A DNA stretch of 64,000 bases from the human T2T-CHM13v2.0 reference genome, Homo sapiens: assembly GCF_009914755.1 (NCBI RefSeq), contig NC_060925.1, one strand, 5' to 3'. The position numbers were made by a program, and so were the translations under genes. Of this stretch, positions 14,577 to 30,879 are shown in pieces. Below the pieces are notes generated by a model that saw only the letters and a list, made by a program, of their open reading frames with translations, had not been told where the DNA came from and did not search any database. Each line of letters opens with the position of its first letter. The first letter of the stretch is position 1.

Positions 14577-15570
14577 AGCTCCTTGTTTCCATGTTTGTGT
14601 GTTAATGGGCTTTGCGTCTTTTTTGAGCAAATCTGTCTTGTCTCTTTCTCTCAGATTCTCAGCTCCTCAGGGGAAGAACTGAATCGTACATGCCTTATTT
14701 CTGGCTCCACAGCTCCGAGCTCTGAGCTCTGTACCCCGGGAGCACTCGATGGATGGTATTGACTGGCTGACTCAGGCCCCGTCTGCCCACATGAGCCATT
14801 TTGAGCAGCTTTAACTAAAATGCGGACAGAATCAGTGAGAGCCAAATAAGCAGTCTGGTCGATTCTCTTCCCTCCCACCCTATTCCGAATGCCTCCTGGA
14901 AACTGCTGGTCCTCCTCGCCCACGGTTCTCTCCTTCACTAGGGGCCCAGAGTCTGCAAAGCGCCCATCTCCTCTCCAGTGCCGTTTGCATCCTCAGAGCA
15001 GCGCCGCACCTTGAACTTGTTAGAGGCATCCTGATTCACCCAAGGCAGTCTCAGATTTGGAACTGTCATTTTTCTATTCCTGCCATCTTCACCCGACAAA
15101 TAGTACTGAACACCTGCTCTGTGCCAGGTAGAAAGTATAAATGCAACCTCTGTTGTCCTGAGAAACAATAGGAGAGAAAGGTGATTCTTGAAACTTAAAA
15201 CAAACAAACAAAAGGAATCTGTGGTTACTCAAGAATTTACTTACTTAGTCTACACACTAAACAAATTATAGCCTTTATTGGTAAAATTAATTGGACACAA
15301 AACAGGTCAGGGCATGTTCACTAGTTGGATCTTCCAAATTCGGAAACCCTACTTTTTAGGAATCTATATTTCAAAGGAAAGAGAAAATGAAATGCACATA
15401 CACAAATTTGCTTGTAAATACATCAAGCATCTCTGGTACAAATTAATGATATCAGTTGGCTCTTGGAAAGGGGTGAGAATTGGAGACAGACTTTTCAGAA
15501 TAAATTCCTTGGATATTTTAAATTTGATGCTATGAATAGATTGCTTACTTAAAAAAAAGAAAGATATACA

Positions 15571-15861
<291 letters not shown>

Positions 15862-16283
15862 TGATATACATTTTTTTAAAGCAAAGAGAGGAGAGCAAAA
15901 GTATAGAGACATGAAATAATCCAAGCTCTAGACCAGACCAACGAATGATTCTCCTGAAAGAAAAACATGCAGTTGCAATCATAGCCCCATCCTAGGCATA
16001 TGTTGATGGCATTTACAAATAACTTCTTCCACAGGGTCAACCCTTTATGAGAGGTTGGGCACCTTGATTGTGCTTCATTAGGCACAGTCTATAATGTAAG
16101 GGTAGTTCATCTTACAGGAAGGAAAAGTGGTGAAAAAGGGGTGAGTGGGTTGACCTGGACCTGTTGATTGTAAGGCCACAGAATTCAGTGACAGCAGAGA
16201 GGGGTGGGAGCAAAGGGGCAGAGCAACCCCTCCTCCAACCGACCTCCCCTAAAGTCACACAGAACAGGCCCCATCCTTGAGTG

Positions 16284-16353
16284 TGCCTGGTCAGTCATCC
16301 ATTGCTTTGGGCTTTGGTATGGAAGGCAGAAGGGAATTTAAAAATAAGAAAAG
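16284..16353. repeat. 70-bp inverted repeat, copy B, abutting an Alu 5' end
   Basis: 68/70 identity to the reverse complement of 14507-14576. Confidence 0.95.
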
Positions 16354-16731
<378 letters not shown>

Positions 16732-17314
16732 TCACTCCTAAGCTGCTTTCCATTTACAGATAAAAAGAGAGAGGAGACAGGAGAGAGGAGAGAGAGGAGA
16801 GAGGGGAGAAGGGAGAGAGGGAAACAAGCACAGATGTGAATTACTGGGTAATGCTGAGTGGCTTCCCCACTGAGCACGTTGCCACGGCAACACACTCCCG
16901 TGATGGGCCACTTTGGGAGGAGGGTACAAAGAATTGCAGGGAAATGCCGTGAAAAGCAGCAGTGTGAGTTTGGGCCTAGGCTTTCTGTATTTCTGGAAGC
17001 ATTCTTTGTACAGATGCATTTTTCACCCCTGCCCCTGGATCTACCCCTGTATATTCAGCAGGTGTGGCAGAAGTCTAGAACTCTCACACTTCAAAACAGA
17101 AGACATTTTCCTCATCTTCTTTTCTATACTTACACCTGTCCATCATTCAGAGTGCCTCTTAAGCTTGTCTTCCATAAATAAAGCAGGACAGTGTCAGACA
17201 TTTCTTCCAAACATAATATGGCTCCATTTAACCTTGCAGCTCTAATATAGACTGACTACATTTCCTGGTCTATCATAGACAGATAGATAGACAGGTAGGT
17301 AGATAGATACACAC

Positions 17315-17597
17315 TTTTTTTAGTGATAGGGGTCTCACTGTTTTGCCCAGGCTGGAGTGCAGTGGTGCAATCACAGTGTAATATAAACCTTCAACTCCTG
17401 GACTCAAGCCATCCTCCTGCCTCAGCCTCCCAAGTAGCTGGGACTACAGGCACATGTCACCATGCCCAGCTAATTTTATTTTATTTGTAGAGATGGGGTC
17501 TTGCTTAGTTGCCCAGGCTGGTCTCAAACTCCTGGTTTCAAGTGGTCTTCCCTCTTCACCTTCCCAAAGTGCTGGGATTCAGCCACTGCGCCTGGCC
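17315..17597 (-). mobile_element. AluJ
   Basis: Antisense Alu with J diagnostics; preceded by a (GATA)-like repeat. Confidence 0.9.
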
Positions 17598-18908
17598 ACA
17601 TATATATTTTGATATGAGTCCTCTGAGCATGTCTCTTTTTCTGTGCCTTCATTTTACAGTGACAGCTTCTCCTGAGTGAGACAAGCCAGCTGTGAGAAGG
17701 CCGAGCTCTGTCTCTGCCAGGCCAAGAACCTGGTTAAGTTTATGGTGGGACCGGGCAGGGGGTATTTTGGGTCAGGGGGACCAGAGGAGGAAACCTCATT
17801 GCAGTCACAGGTCTTAGAGACAGAGACCTAAGTGAGAGCTGGTCATCTCATTGGTTAAGTGGGTGTCCAATTTCTTCCTGAATGCCTTTAGGGATAGCTA
17901 CCTCCCTACTTCAGGAGAAGGCCCATTCAATGACTTAACAATTTCCTTCTAAAAAAATTCAAAAAGTGCTGGTTATCCCATGGGTGGGATTGTTCTCTTA
18001 TGCCCTGAGGCCCTTCCACACTCTCTTGAGCACCTAGTATGTCTCACGTGAATTCCATTGACAAGGGTGTATTATGTCCACTATGCAGTCGGGAAACGTG
18101 AGGTGCAGGAGGGTCTTGTCCAAAACTACCCACCTAGCAAGGAGCAGATCTGAAACTCTCAAAGCCATGCCCCTTCTGCTGCCCCTTGCTGCTTCCTAGA
18201 GTAATGATGATGATGACAAAGCCGGTTTGAGCCAGCCGGAGGGGAAGGAAAGGCAGAAGGAGCCGGTCCCTGCCTGCCAGCAACCCCCCTACCTACTCTC
18301 AACATAAGTGGGGGTTGGACCCAGTGTCGCTGAGCCGATTATTGGTAAGAAAATTACATGCCTTCTCTCCATCTCCCTTTTGCTGTACAGAGGAACAACC
18401 GGGATCAGCAAGAGGGAAGCTTGGCAGGTGCCAAAGATCATTTACGCCATCTTTGGTTTATGGTCAGACTTGGGAAGCTGGGCTTAAACAGGCTCTCCAT
18501 AGAGTTAGTGCTGCATTACAGCAGGTATTGTCATGTACAACGGCAATAGCAATGCCACTCACTACCATTTAATGAGTGTTTCTATGTGTCAGGCACTGTC
18601 TTACCTACTTCACAGTCATGATTTTATGTAACTGGCTCAAAAAGTTTAAGGGATCTGCCCAAGGTCTCATAGCTAGTAAGTGGCAGCTAGTAGGTAGCTT
18701 TAACCCTGGTCATCTGATTTCAAACCCATGCTCTTTCAACACCATGCACCAATCCCCTGAGTCATCAGTTCATTTGACAGACTTATTTGAGCACCTACTA
18801 AGTGTCAGGGGCTGCTCTAGGTACTAGGGACCCATCAGTAAATAAAACAGACAAAGATCCTGGACTTTTTGGGAGGTGAGGAGGAATGCTATAGAAAATA
18901 AACAAACA

Positions 18909-19958
<1,050 letters not shown>

Positions 19959-21023
19959 TCAAACTGGGCAGGTGGTAGGTCATAAGATTGGAGAGATGGT
20001 GGAGGTGGGTGTAATGATTTCTGCTCTTCTCTGGGTGAGCCAGAAGCTTCTGTAGGGTCCCGAGCAGGTGTAGCACTACCTTACATTTGCAAAGAATCAC
20101 TCTGGCTGGTGGGTTGAAGGTAGATGCAGACCTATCGGAGGTCACAGTTGTCATCCAGGGGCAAAAAATGGCAGTGGCTCAGAGTGACAACAGTGGAGCT
20201 GGATATATTTTGTGGGAATAAGTGGGATTTCCTGACAGTTTGGATGTGGAGTAAAAAAGAAAGAAGTCAAGGATGACTCTGAGGTTTGGGGCCTGAGCCA
20301 CTAGGAGAATGAAATGCTCCCAGCTGAGATAGGAAGGCTGTGGCTGGAACAGGTTTGGTGGGAGGCAGCCTAGGGGAATAGGGAGCCCAGTTTCGGGCAT
20401 GTTGAGTTGCAGATGTTCATTAGCTTCCTGGAGATGTCAAGAAAGTCCTTGGATCTATTATGAGTATCGGAAATATTTTAGAACATCTGTAAACAAGTAA
20501 GACAAGATTTCAGGTGTTTCAGCCCATGTTACCATAAAAAATTTGAAGCATTAAAATAAAAAATGTTTAAAAAATTTTTAAAAAGAGATTTCAGATGTAA
20601 GCTTCATTCATCAGGGCAACAAAAATGGGTATCAATCTTCTTGTTTCCCGTAAGACACGTCATGGAATAAGTGCCATGGTATATTCAGTACCACAGAAAT
20701 TCCTGACTGGGATGGGCAGGAGAAAGGAGGGAAGTCACCCAGAAGCAAGAGAGGAAGCCAGTATAGGATTAGTAATTTTTGTTCCAGATAATCAAGGACT
20801 GGGTAAATACATGCAAAGAAACCTATGTTAAAATGAACGTAAATACCTTATCTGGAAGGACAAGTCAAATCTCACATACAGGCCTGGAAATAAAAAGCTT
20901 GATTAATTTCACATTAGGTTACCAAAACTCTTGGTACTTAACAGTTAACCAGAAATTAACCAGAGAGCCAAAAAGTAGATTATCGGTAATTCTTCTGTGA
21001 ATTAAGAAGGAATGGGCAGTAGA

Positions 21024-21329
21024 GGCTGGGCGCGGTGGATCTCGCCTGTAATCCCAGCACTTTGGGAGGCCGATGCAGGCGGATCATGAGGTCAGAAGAT
21101 CGACACCATCGTGGCTAACACGGTGAAACCCCGTCTCTACTAAAAATAACAAAAAATTAGCCAGGCGTAGTGACGGGCGCCTATAGTCCCAGCCACTCGG
21201 GAGGCTGAGGCAGGCGAATGGCGTGAACCGGGAGGCGGAGCTTGCAGTGAGCCAAGATCAGGCCACTGCACTCCAGCCTGGGCAACAGAACGGAGCGAGA
21301 CTCCGTCTCAAAAAAAAAAAAAAAAAAAA
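21024..21329 (+). mobile_element. AluY with 20-bp TSD
   Basis: Y diagnostics; TSD AAGAAGGAATGGGCAGTAGA 21004-21023 / 21330-21349. Confidence 0.95.
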
Positions 21330-22144
21330 AAGAAGGAATGGGCAGTAGAATTGTTTTTCTGTAATACCTGCTCATACCAAATTTACTTTTAAGTGTCAGC
21401 AAATTTCTTGGCTAATTATCACAAGTCTCAGAAAAACGATGTGGCTATATTTCAATAATTGGAGCAAGAATTTTAGGTAGGTCACCGCCCGCAGCCCGTC
21501 CTCTCTGAGCCCAAGCCACCCCGTGCACTTCCGTTTAGTATGTCTACTTTGAGATGCATGGAAATGAAACCCGTCAATTCAGATCTTGGGAGATCTCCAG
21601 CCAGGGATGTGAGGTGTCAAGTATGAAATAATCACAAAGACGTTGGAAATAAGCTTCACCACCTCATTCTGAGCCAAGTTCAGAAAGTTCATCTAAAATG
21701 CCAAGAATGATGCCGGAAGACCCTGGAAGAGCTGAGACTTGAATGCAACAAACAAGATTTTGAGTCTTGTTGGAGAAAACGGGGTGCCTTCTCATAAAAC
21801 CTGCGCAGACACCTCAACGCTCTGACCTGCTTCTCTCTCTTGCTAGGGCTCGTGACTCTGTTTATAAAACATCTCTGACTCTGATGGTTAAATGCTGGAG
21901 TCTGTGTGCATGGAATTAAACTAAGACAGCCCGGGCACTCGTGGGCACTAGCAATCTTTTTTGGATGAAGAGTAGCAAGGAACCATTCCCTATTCCTTCA
22001 TCTCGGCTCTGTCACATACCATGTCATCGTTGTGGCTCCAACTCTACGGCCAAGCGACAGTCTCTGTCACCGTAATCAGGCTTAGGACATGGACAGGGGC
22101 TCTCACAGGCTCTTAAAGAACCAGGAAGGGTACTGGGTGTCCGA

Positions 22145-22145
<1 letters not shown>

Positions 22146-22176
<31 letters not shown>
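22146..22176. repeat. (CA)n microsatellite
   Basis: Direct read. Confidence 0.95.
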
Positions 22177-22179
<3 letters not shown>

Positions 22180-23439
22180 ACTTGTGTATCAGATGTCCAC
22201 TGACATTGGCCACATTACTGCTAGATTTGTGAACCAATTAAAAGCTGTTCCATTTGATAAACATTACATGTATATGCATTCTATACTGCAGTAATAATTA
22301 TCTCTTTGCATATCTGTTTCCTCACAAGAGCTTGAGTCCCGTCAAGACAAGGATAAGCCCTTCCACTATAGAGCCACAGCAGGAAGCCCTCAGCCTGGTA
22401 CACAGTGGGCATCCAATAAACCTGAATGGACAGAATGAGGAAACTGAGACACAGCTCTTGTGTTCAGGGCCAGTCTGAGACCAAATCTGGAAACAAACTC
22501 GGAATTTCCAATTCCAGGCTAAGTGCTTTTGCCAGAGGGAAGATGAAAGCGTATGTTTCAAGCTCTGCAAGATCCACAGAGAATTTTTTCTAAGCTCCTC
22601 TCTAAGAAGGCGCCAAGGAGCTCGATGTCTTTTTCCCCTGGACCCAAGCTTTTATGCCTCTGCCCAGTGGATGCGGCTTCTCCGCCGCAAGGAGTGCAGC
22701 TCCCTCCTCATCCGTTGGGAACATAACAGCCGAAGCTGCTCCCCCACAAGCTGCAGGATAAATGTCAAGTGAGGAGGGAATGCTGCTGCCTGGGTAGACT
22801 GCATTCTACTCATTCTGCTGAGGGTCATGCTTTGAAAATATCTCTAATTTTGTTTTCATAGCTTGTTAACCTTTTCCTTCCCAAAACAATGCCCATGTTT
22901 GTTTTGGCACCACTCGCGTCCTGCATACTGAGGACGGGTCTGAGTTGGATGCACAAAAGCATTTTTCCCTTAATCTCATTACAAGGGCTCCTCAGTCTTT
23001 AATTCTTCCCAGGGCTCACTTGCTGTGAAGTGATTTCCTCTTGGAATCCGTTTCTCTTTGTGAAGCTGGGAGAGCAAGTCTGTTTGGTTTTGTAGGGATG
23101 TGGGGAAGGAAAGCAAAGACAAAGGCAAAAACAAGTGGTGCTGGGGTGCCCTGGAAGTTCCTAAGAGCAAATGGACCCACTCTGAAATGTCTGCAGCTGA
23201 GACCAGTGATACTCGAATTCCAGTTTGAATGAGGATCACGCGCTGAGGTCACGTACTTACTGCTGTCTCCTGTCTACCTGAGGTTTACAAAATGTGTGAA
23301 TAAAGGCGCCAGTGCTTTGACAGCTGGTCTTGCTCATGCGTTTAGAGAGCATCTTATTTCATCCTTTTTGCCCCTCGAATGTTGCGCATCTGACAGTTTG
23401 ACCACCCTGCCTGGACTCTTACATGCATGTGGCATTTCT

Positions 23440-23757
23440 TTTTCTTTCTTTTTCTTTTTCTTTTTTTTTTTTTTGAGACAGAGTCTCGCTCTGTCACCCA
23501 GGCTGGAGTGCAGTGGTGCGTCTCGGCTCACTGAAAGCTCCACCTCCCGGGTTCAAGCGATTCTCCTGCCTCAGCCTCCCGAGTAGCTGGGACTACAGGC
23601 TTATGCCACCACACCCGGCTAATTTTTTGTATTTTTTTTAGTAGAGACAGGGTTTCACCGTGTTAGCCAGGATGATCTTGATCTCCTGACCTCTTGATCC
23701 TCCTGCCTCGGCCTCCCAAAATGCTGGGATTACAGGCGTGAGCCACCACGCCTGGCC
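23440..23757 (-). mobile_element. AluY/Sc-like
   Basis: Antisense Alu; TSD TGCATGTGGCA(T/C)TTCT. Confidence 0.95.
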
Positions 23758-26700
23758 TGCATGTGGCACTTCTAACATGTTCCTCCTAAGCGTTGTGGAC
23801 AAATCCATACTGAGTTTTTATTCTCATGGATTCATGTTTATTCTCAATACTTGAGGAAATTGTAAGTTTAACCAGCTTTCTGTTAATTTTACTATCCTTT
23901 CTCATGAAAAGATTTCTTTTCCCATCTGAATTGTTTCCTAGATTGTATCTGCAAATACAAAACTACAATGAGGGACAGAGGATTCTGGAAAATGAATGGG
24001 GATGCTGGGGGAAACTAACAACACCAGCGACAAAACCAAGCCACTGGAGCCTGAACCAGCCAGGTGCCTGAGGAAAAGGGGAGGGAAGGTTTTCTCTCCC
24101 GCGTATTGTATTCCTGTTGTATATTGTACATGTAATGCATGCTAGCTGCCATTTAGAATGGAAAAGCATGCCCTCACCACAGTCAGGCCCACATTTTGCT
24201 TTCCGTGTTAAAGAGAGAAATGGCGTAACGTGCTCGTGAAGAGGCGGCACCTGCAGCGGTTGGAGCTGGCACCCTTGGCAGACTTTCTGGGACCGAGTCC
24301 TAGCTTTTTCTCTTATTAGCACGTTGCTTCCCCTCATTTATAGAATGGGCCTCATACCTACCTCATGGGGTATCAGACAGCATCCTTTCTTTTCACCTGA
24401 TGCATTAATTTGGACATGAACTGAGAGAAAAGAAATATAAAACATAGTTCCTGCTTTTCAGTAGCTTAGAATCCAGTGAAACTTACCAATATAAAAGAAA
24501 AGGATACAGGCAAATTCTTGACAGCATCTCCTCTGTACTCACACATCCTCTCCCACTATCTATTATATTTTCATGTAAAAACGTGTGTGGGTGAGGGAAG
24601 GATTCTGGGAGGCTTCGTCCTGGAGCTCCAGCGGCTTATCAATCACCATTAATCTTGGAGGCTCACAGCCCCCATGCCCATTTGCTGAAGAGGAGTGAGT
24701 CATCCTGACTCGAACAGCAATGCTGACAGTTAATTGAATTCCAGAGCCAACGTTTCTTCCTACCTACAGCAATTCTTCACAGCTCAGAGCTCAAGATTGC
24801 TCTGAGCAAGACCGCTGTGTTTACGAGGCAGAGAGAAAGAGAGAGAGAGGGTGCCTTTTTCAAGTGATGGAAAGGCCATGTTGACGTGTAAGATTTCGTT
24901 TTTCTTTGACTTTCAGGCTTAAAACTTATGCAAACTTGGTCCAGAACAAAATGGACCAAACAATTATGGTTGAAGATTGCTATTAGTGTCTTTCCATGGG
25001 GGCAAGGGGCACTGACAGAGAAGCCTCTTTCCACTCCAAATGTAGCAGGTGTAATCTGCAAGCTGCCGGGCCCTCTTTTAATAATCCTTTATCTTCCCAG
25101 GGATGACCAAGGGCAGTCATTATTTGCTGACTGGTCCGCTGTTGAAAAGGGAGGAAAAATTAACGCATGTGTAGAAAATTTTAATGAGGAAAGATTTATT
25201 TCTAGAGTCCTTTCACAACATGTGTATATTTCAAGAGGAGAGTGACTACGCAAAGTGACAAAGACAACAATTTATATTTGGAACAGCTAGTATTGGGTGA
25301 TGGGCTGATTGGTTTGATGGAAGCCAGGTTGTCACGGACTGAAAAGGAAGCAGGTGGTAGATAAATGGAGGGAGCAGTGGATTATTCATTCAAGTCATTT
25401 AACACACTGTCTTGGGAATCATGTGCGCACAAAAGCAAACAAACTTTTTGGGAGATTCCAAATTAGGCAGTTGGGTCTTGGAAAGAGGCCCCCCATGTGG
25501 GAAGCTCGAGCCCCCTCCAGAAGGCTCTTCAGAAGCTGTGTTAGAACAGTGTGTTTCTCATGGTCGGTCCCTGACTCATTATCCCTGGTTCCTGGTTATA
25601 CAGGATTTACCTGAAGCAAAATGACCACAAAGGCGAACTCCTCCAGGCCATCTCCTCTTGAAGTCCTCTTTGTTCACAGCAAGGCCCCAGGTCACAGTGC
25701 ACAGCCTGCCTGGGCCTGTCTGTCCAGGATCCAGCCCAGGCTGAGAAGCCCTGCAGCAGGCAGAAAAAGGAAGCCTGAGGTTTGAGGAGAGCGCGGGGAG
25801 GGTGGAATGGAGCCAGAGGCCGTGGTGCCTTGGAGGCCCAGAGCCATGAGTCCCGCACCCTCATGGAAGCAACGGAGGGATCCCTCCCGGTTCTCAGTGC
25901 AGACAACTTCCTTTCCGACTGTGGCCCTGAGGATCAGAGAAGAACACCTGTCTACAATGGCAGAAAGCTTAGGGATTTACCTCTTCAACTACCTCTTGTT
26001 ACAGAAGAAAAATCTGACTCACATGTGATCACAGCAAAACAATCTGAATGAGACCCCTCTTCTGATTTATTCTAAGCCCCCTCTCAGACTGCCCCTAGGC
26101 CAACAGGGAGTTGGGGATGGGGAGTGAAAGAGTTTTAGACAAACTGATTGGTTCGGCAACACAGTCTTCCGGCAGAATTCTCACTCCTTAGTCTTCAATA
26201 ACAGGTTGTAGAAATTCATTCAAGTATGTAGGTTTGAGTCCTGGCTAATAGCTACCCTTGGAAAAGTTCTTAACTCCTTGAGTCTTGGCTTCTTCCCCTG
26301 AAAAATCAAGAATAATCATTGTAGTGGTAGTAGTAGTAATAATAATAATAATAATATCTGACTTATTGAACTTTCAGGATTACTGTGAAGATCTAATGAC
26401 AAAATGAATATAAAATTACTGAAAAAGTATGAAGCCCTCAAAGTATCATGCAGTGTTGACAATAAGTTCATTGCATTTCAATCCCTTAAAACAAACAATT
26501 CAATTCTATTTCTATATTTCTATATACTTATAATGATTTTCACACACACTCACACACACACATACACACTTTAGCTCTCTCTGATCTTTATACACCGAGT
26601 CTCATGCTTTTACATGCATTTACCATCTGCTGTGCATAAAGCCTCACTCTGCCCAGAGCAGAGTTAACAGAAATTAGGGCTGAATCCTGACTCAGCCTCA

Positions 26701-27589
26701 GTTATTCACCTGTAACATGCATATAATAATTCATAAACAGTGGAGGTTTTTCCTTGCAGTGGACAGATGCTAAATCATTATAATGGTATCCCCATCCTCA
26801 CATAAGTTTGATGGGCATGTAATGTGTGTTTGAACTTACCTATGGATTTCCTAGCCTGGCACTCAAGGCCCTCTGTAGTGTGAGCCTCTCTTCCTAGCCT
26901 CTAGTGACTCCCGCCGCCTCCCATCTCCACTCACTTCAACCTTAGCGGCCCCGTGCTTCCCACACCAGCGCAATGCTTCTCCTTTCTTCACCCAGCTTCC
27001 TCCGCTGGAAGAGGAGGATGTTCCCCTTTCTTTCCCTGCATTTCCAGCTCTTTGCCTCTGTTGGACCCTGTACTGTCAGCCCACAATGACTTCCTTGTGT
27101 CCAAATTCTGCCCAGTCTCCTAGGTCTGGGCATTTGCTCCTCCCCTTTGAGATTTTTCCCAGAGCCTCTTAGCAAAGTCACTTTGCTCTCAGTTTTTGTG
27201 GCTCCTCGCCTGAATTTCCTCTGCACCACATTTCACTTTCTGCCCCATGATTCAGGTATGCATGGACATGCTTTCTCTCTTCTCTAAAATAAAAACTTGC
27301 TGAATGAATGGATAAATGTGTTGTCTTGGAATAATGGATTGATGTTTGTAGCTGCTTCCATAATTAAATTAAAAGCTTTTTAAAGGCAGGGACCACATCT
27401 TATCCGAAACTATAATTCAATTAACCAACACGTTGGAGGGCCTAGTCTGAAGTGGCACTGGATAAGGTGCTTCAGGGGTGGATGACAGAGCCTGTGAGAC
27501 ACATCCTTGCCCTTCAAGCGTTCACAAGCTGGTTGGAAAGGCAAGCCCCTCTCCTCTAAAAAAATGCATGGAGAAAACAACCATAAATA

Positions 27590-28026
27590 TCTGTTAATGG
27601 GGGAGAGATTAAAAAAGAAAAGATTATTGTATTCATGCAATTTACTACTACTCAGCAATAAAAAGAAACAAACTATTGATAGACTTACTCAGCATTGATG
27701 AACCCAATCATTATGTTCAGCAAAAAAAGCCAGACATAAGACTGTATACCAATTGATTCTGTTCATATGGCAAGTCCAGAAGAGGGAAAACAAAACTTTG
27801 ATGACAGAACTCAGATCACTGGTGGCCTGGGTTGTCTGGGTTGGTGGTGGGAACAGGGAGGGGGGTGATGAAAGCAAACAGGCATGCAGGAACTTTCTGA
27901 AGTGATGGAGATGCTTCATCCTGATTCGGATGGTGCTTACACACATGCGTTTGTCATCAAACTGCACACTTCAATTCTGTGCATCTTATTGTATGTAAAT
28001 TTTATTCCAATTGAGTTGATTAAAAA
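27590..28026 (+). mobile_element. Old L1M (L1MC/ME-like) 3' fragment
   Basis: TACTCAGCAATAAAAAGAAAC...AAGCCAGAC...TATTGTATGTAAATT motifs. Confidence 0.7.
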
Positions 28027-28036
28027 TGAGTAGAGA

Positions 28037-28884
<848 letters not shown>

Positions 28885-29952
28885 CTCATGCTCCTTTTGA
28901 ATTTACCACAGAACCCCAGAAAGCTCATGACAATAATTTAATAAGTAAGTGATCTCATAAGAACGCATTCTTCCGCTCTCTGTTCAGGAAGTGTAGATAT
29001 AAGCCAATCCAAGCCCATGTCCACACACACAGGCTTGTGGGCCCTTCATGTCTCTGCTCCTTTCTCCAAGCTGCTCTTTCTGCCTGGATTTCCCTGCTTC
29101 ATCCTTCCAGGCCTGGAGACATCTCGCTGTTTCCTCAAGACACAGCTCCTTCTCCTTGGAGTCTTTAGGGACCCACCCTTCCAATCTCTTCAAGCAAGGC
29201 TGTCTCTCCCTAGGTCAGGTTCTCAAAGTGACAAATCCATTCTGCTCCCCTGATACTCCCCTATTGCACCGAGGTTAGCAGCCTCCAACCCAACTGTGAG
29301 CAACCCCTGACTAGGTGTTTGCCAAGCAACCAGTTACTTTTCTAATTAAACAACAACAAAAAAATGTGTTCATCAGGCCACACCACATATTCAGGGCCAG
29401 CGAAGGGCCAGTCTAGTTCATTTTCATCTCGACCCCTTTCTACTTGGTGGGACTCTCCACGGTTGCAGGCGGCTGGATCTTGTGCTCTGCTGGCCTAGTG
29501 GCCTGCAGGAGAACTCTCTAGAAGGTTCCTCTGAGTGTCTCTTACCATGAACCTACAGGGCTGCAAATAACAGTCTTCAGGCACTTCTGCAAGTAGCAGA
29601 AAGCCCCTCCACACAACACACCCTTCTGCCCATTAGCGCCAGGCTTCCTTGTGGCAGGAGACCAGAAAAGGGGCAACTGCTTCCAGAATTGTAGTAGATC
29701 TAACAGGAGAAGAATCCAAATGATCGCCTGGTCCCACAGATAGGGAAACTGGGTTTAAAAGGATGAAACTATAGTCTTACTAGGAGGACCTTTAAAAAAT
29801 GAACAGAGAAGCAAAAGCAAACCTTTTTGTCCTCCTCTAAACACAGGGGGTGGTGAGAAAAAAAATAAATCAATCAAAGTCACCTGGAACAGAACCCATC
29901 AGTAAGGAAAGACAGGCTATTTTCAGGTTCTAAAAGGATACTAGTAACAGTC

Positions 29953-29972
29953 GGGGGGGGGGGGGGGGGGGG
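29953..29972 (+). repeat. G20 homopolymer
   Basis: Direct read. Confidence 0.95.
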
Positions 29973-30661
29973 AGAAATCCACATAAAAACTGTGCTTGAC
30001 AGAGGCCTTTTGAAAGCAGATAAAGGTGTGTTTTGCTGCCTTGTGGCCTTGAGCCTTTTCACTCTGCTTAGTCCAGCTGGGCTTGGAGATTGAGGTCTGG
30101 GAGTGTGATTGTCTATTTGTTCCAACTGATACTGGAGTTGTTTGCTTTGAACAATGTGACTTTGTTTCTTTGTCAGACACGGCCAGCAGCATAGCTGTTG
30201 CTTAGGAAAGGAACAAACACATTAGGAGCTTGCTAAAAGTCAAACAATGTTTTGTATATTGCAGAGTATTAGCGAAAGTACTGTGATACTGGCCAAGGCA
30301 GCTTAGTGTGGCTCTAAGGACCATAAAATTCAAGCATTGTGGTGGCAGGGAGTGATTTCCTCTCCAATGCCATCCTGAAGCATATGCACTGGGCTCTGAG
30401 CTATTTCCAAGAAGATGCTGAGAGCAGTGGATCTGGAGCCAGGAATGACAGCCTTATATTATTTAAAAATCATTGCAATTTGCTCCTCCCAGAAGAGAGG
30501 ATCCATTAGCTGCATTCTGAAAGGCAAGAAGACTCCCAAGCTAAAAGCCCTGGCTGGTGTGAGGCACAACTATAATAAGGGCACCTACTGTGTGCCAGGC
30601 GCTGGACTAGCGCTGTAAGTACTGCCTGTGCATTACCCCAGTAACCTCAGTGCGTGGAAAG

Positions 30662-30879
30662 AGGGGTGTCTTAGAGCCAGCTCACAAGAGCCGATTACGT
30701 CTATCTCTTCCCAGCTCCACATCCAGTGACATCATGGCAACAGCTTGAAATTGGCCATGGTGGAGGTACGTACACCACGGAAATTGGCAAGTGCTATGAA
30801 ATCAGAGGTTTCTTTTCGTTGATTGGTTGGTTTCATTATTCGAGAGCTATTGTTCAATGTTTACCAGCACAACCACTGG
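30662..30879. mobile_element. MER63-like hAT DNA transposon inside a MIR
   Basis: Terminus TTTACCAGCACAACCACTGG; internal CAGCTTGAAATTGGCCATGG; MIR sequence on both sides. Confidence 0.6.

Noticed and set aside
15300-15319. p53/p63 response element
   Set aside because: Only one half-site (GGGCATGTTC) is consensus; the other breaks the CWWG core.
23255-23260. Minus-strand GTAAGT donor
   Set aside because: No convincing acceptor or promoter upstream.
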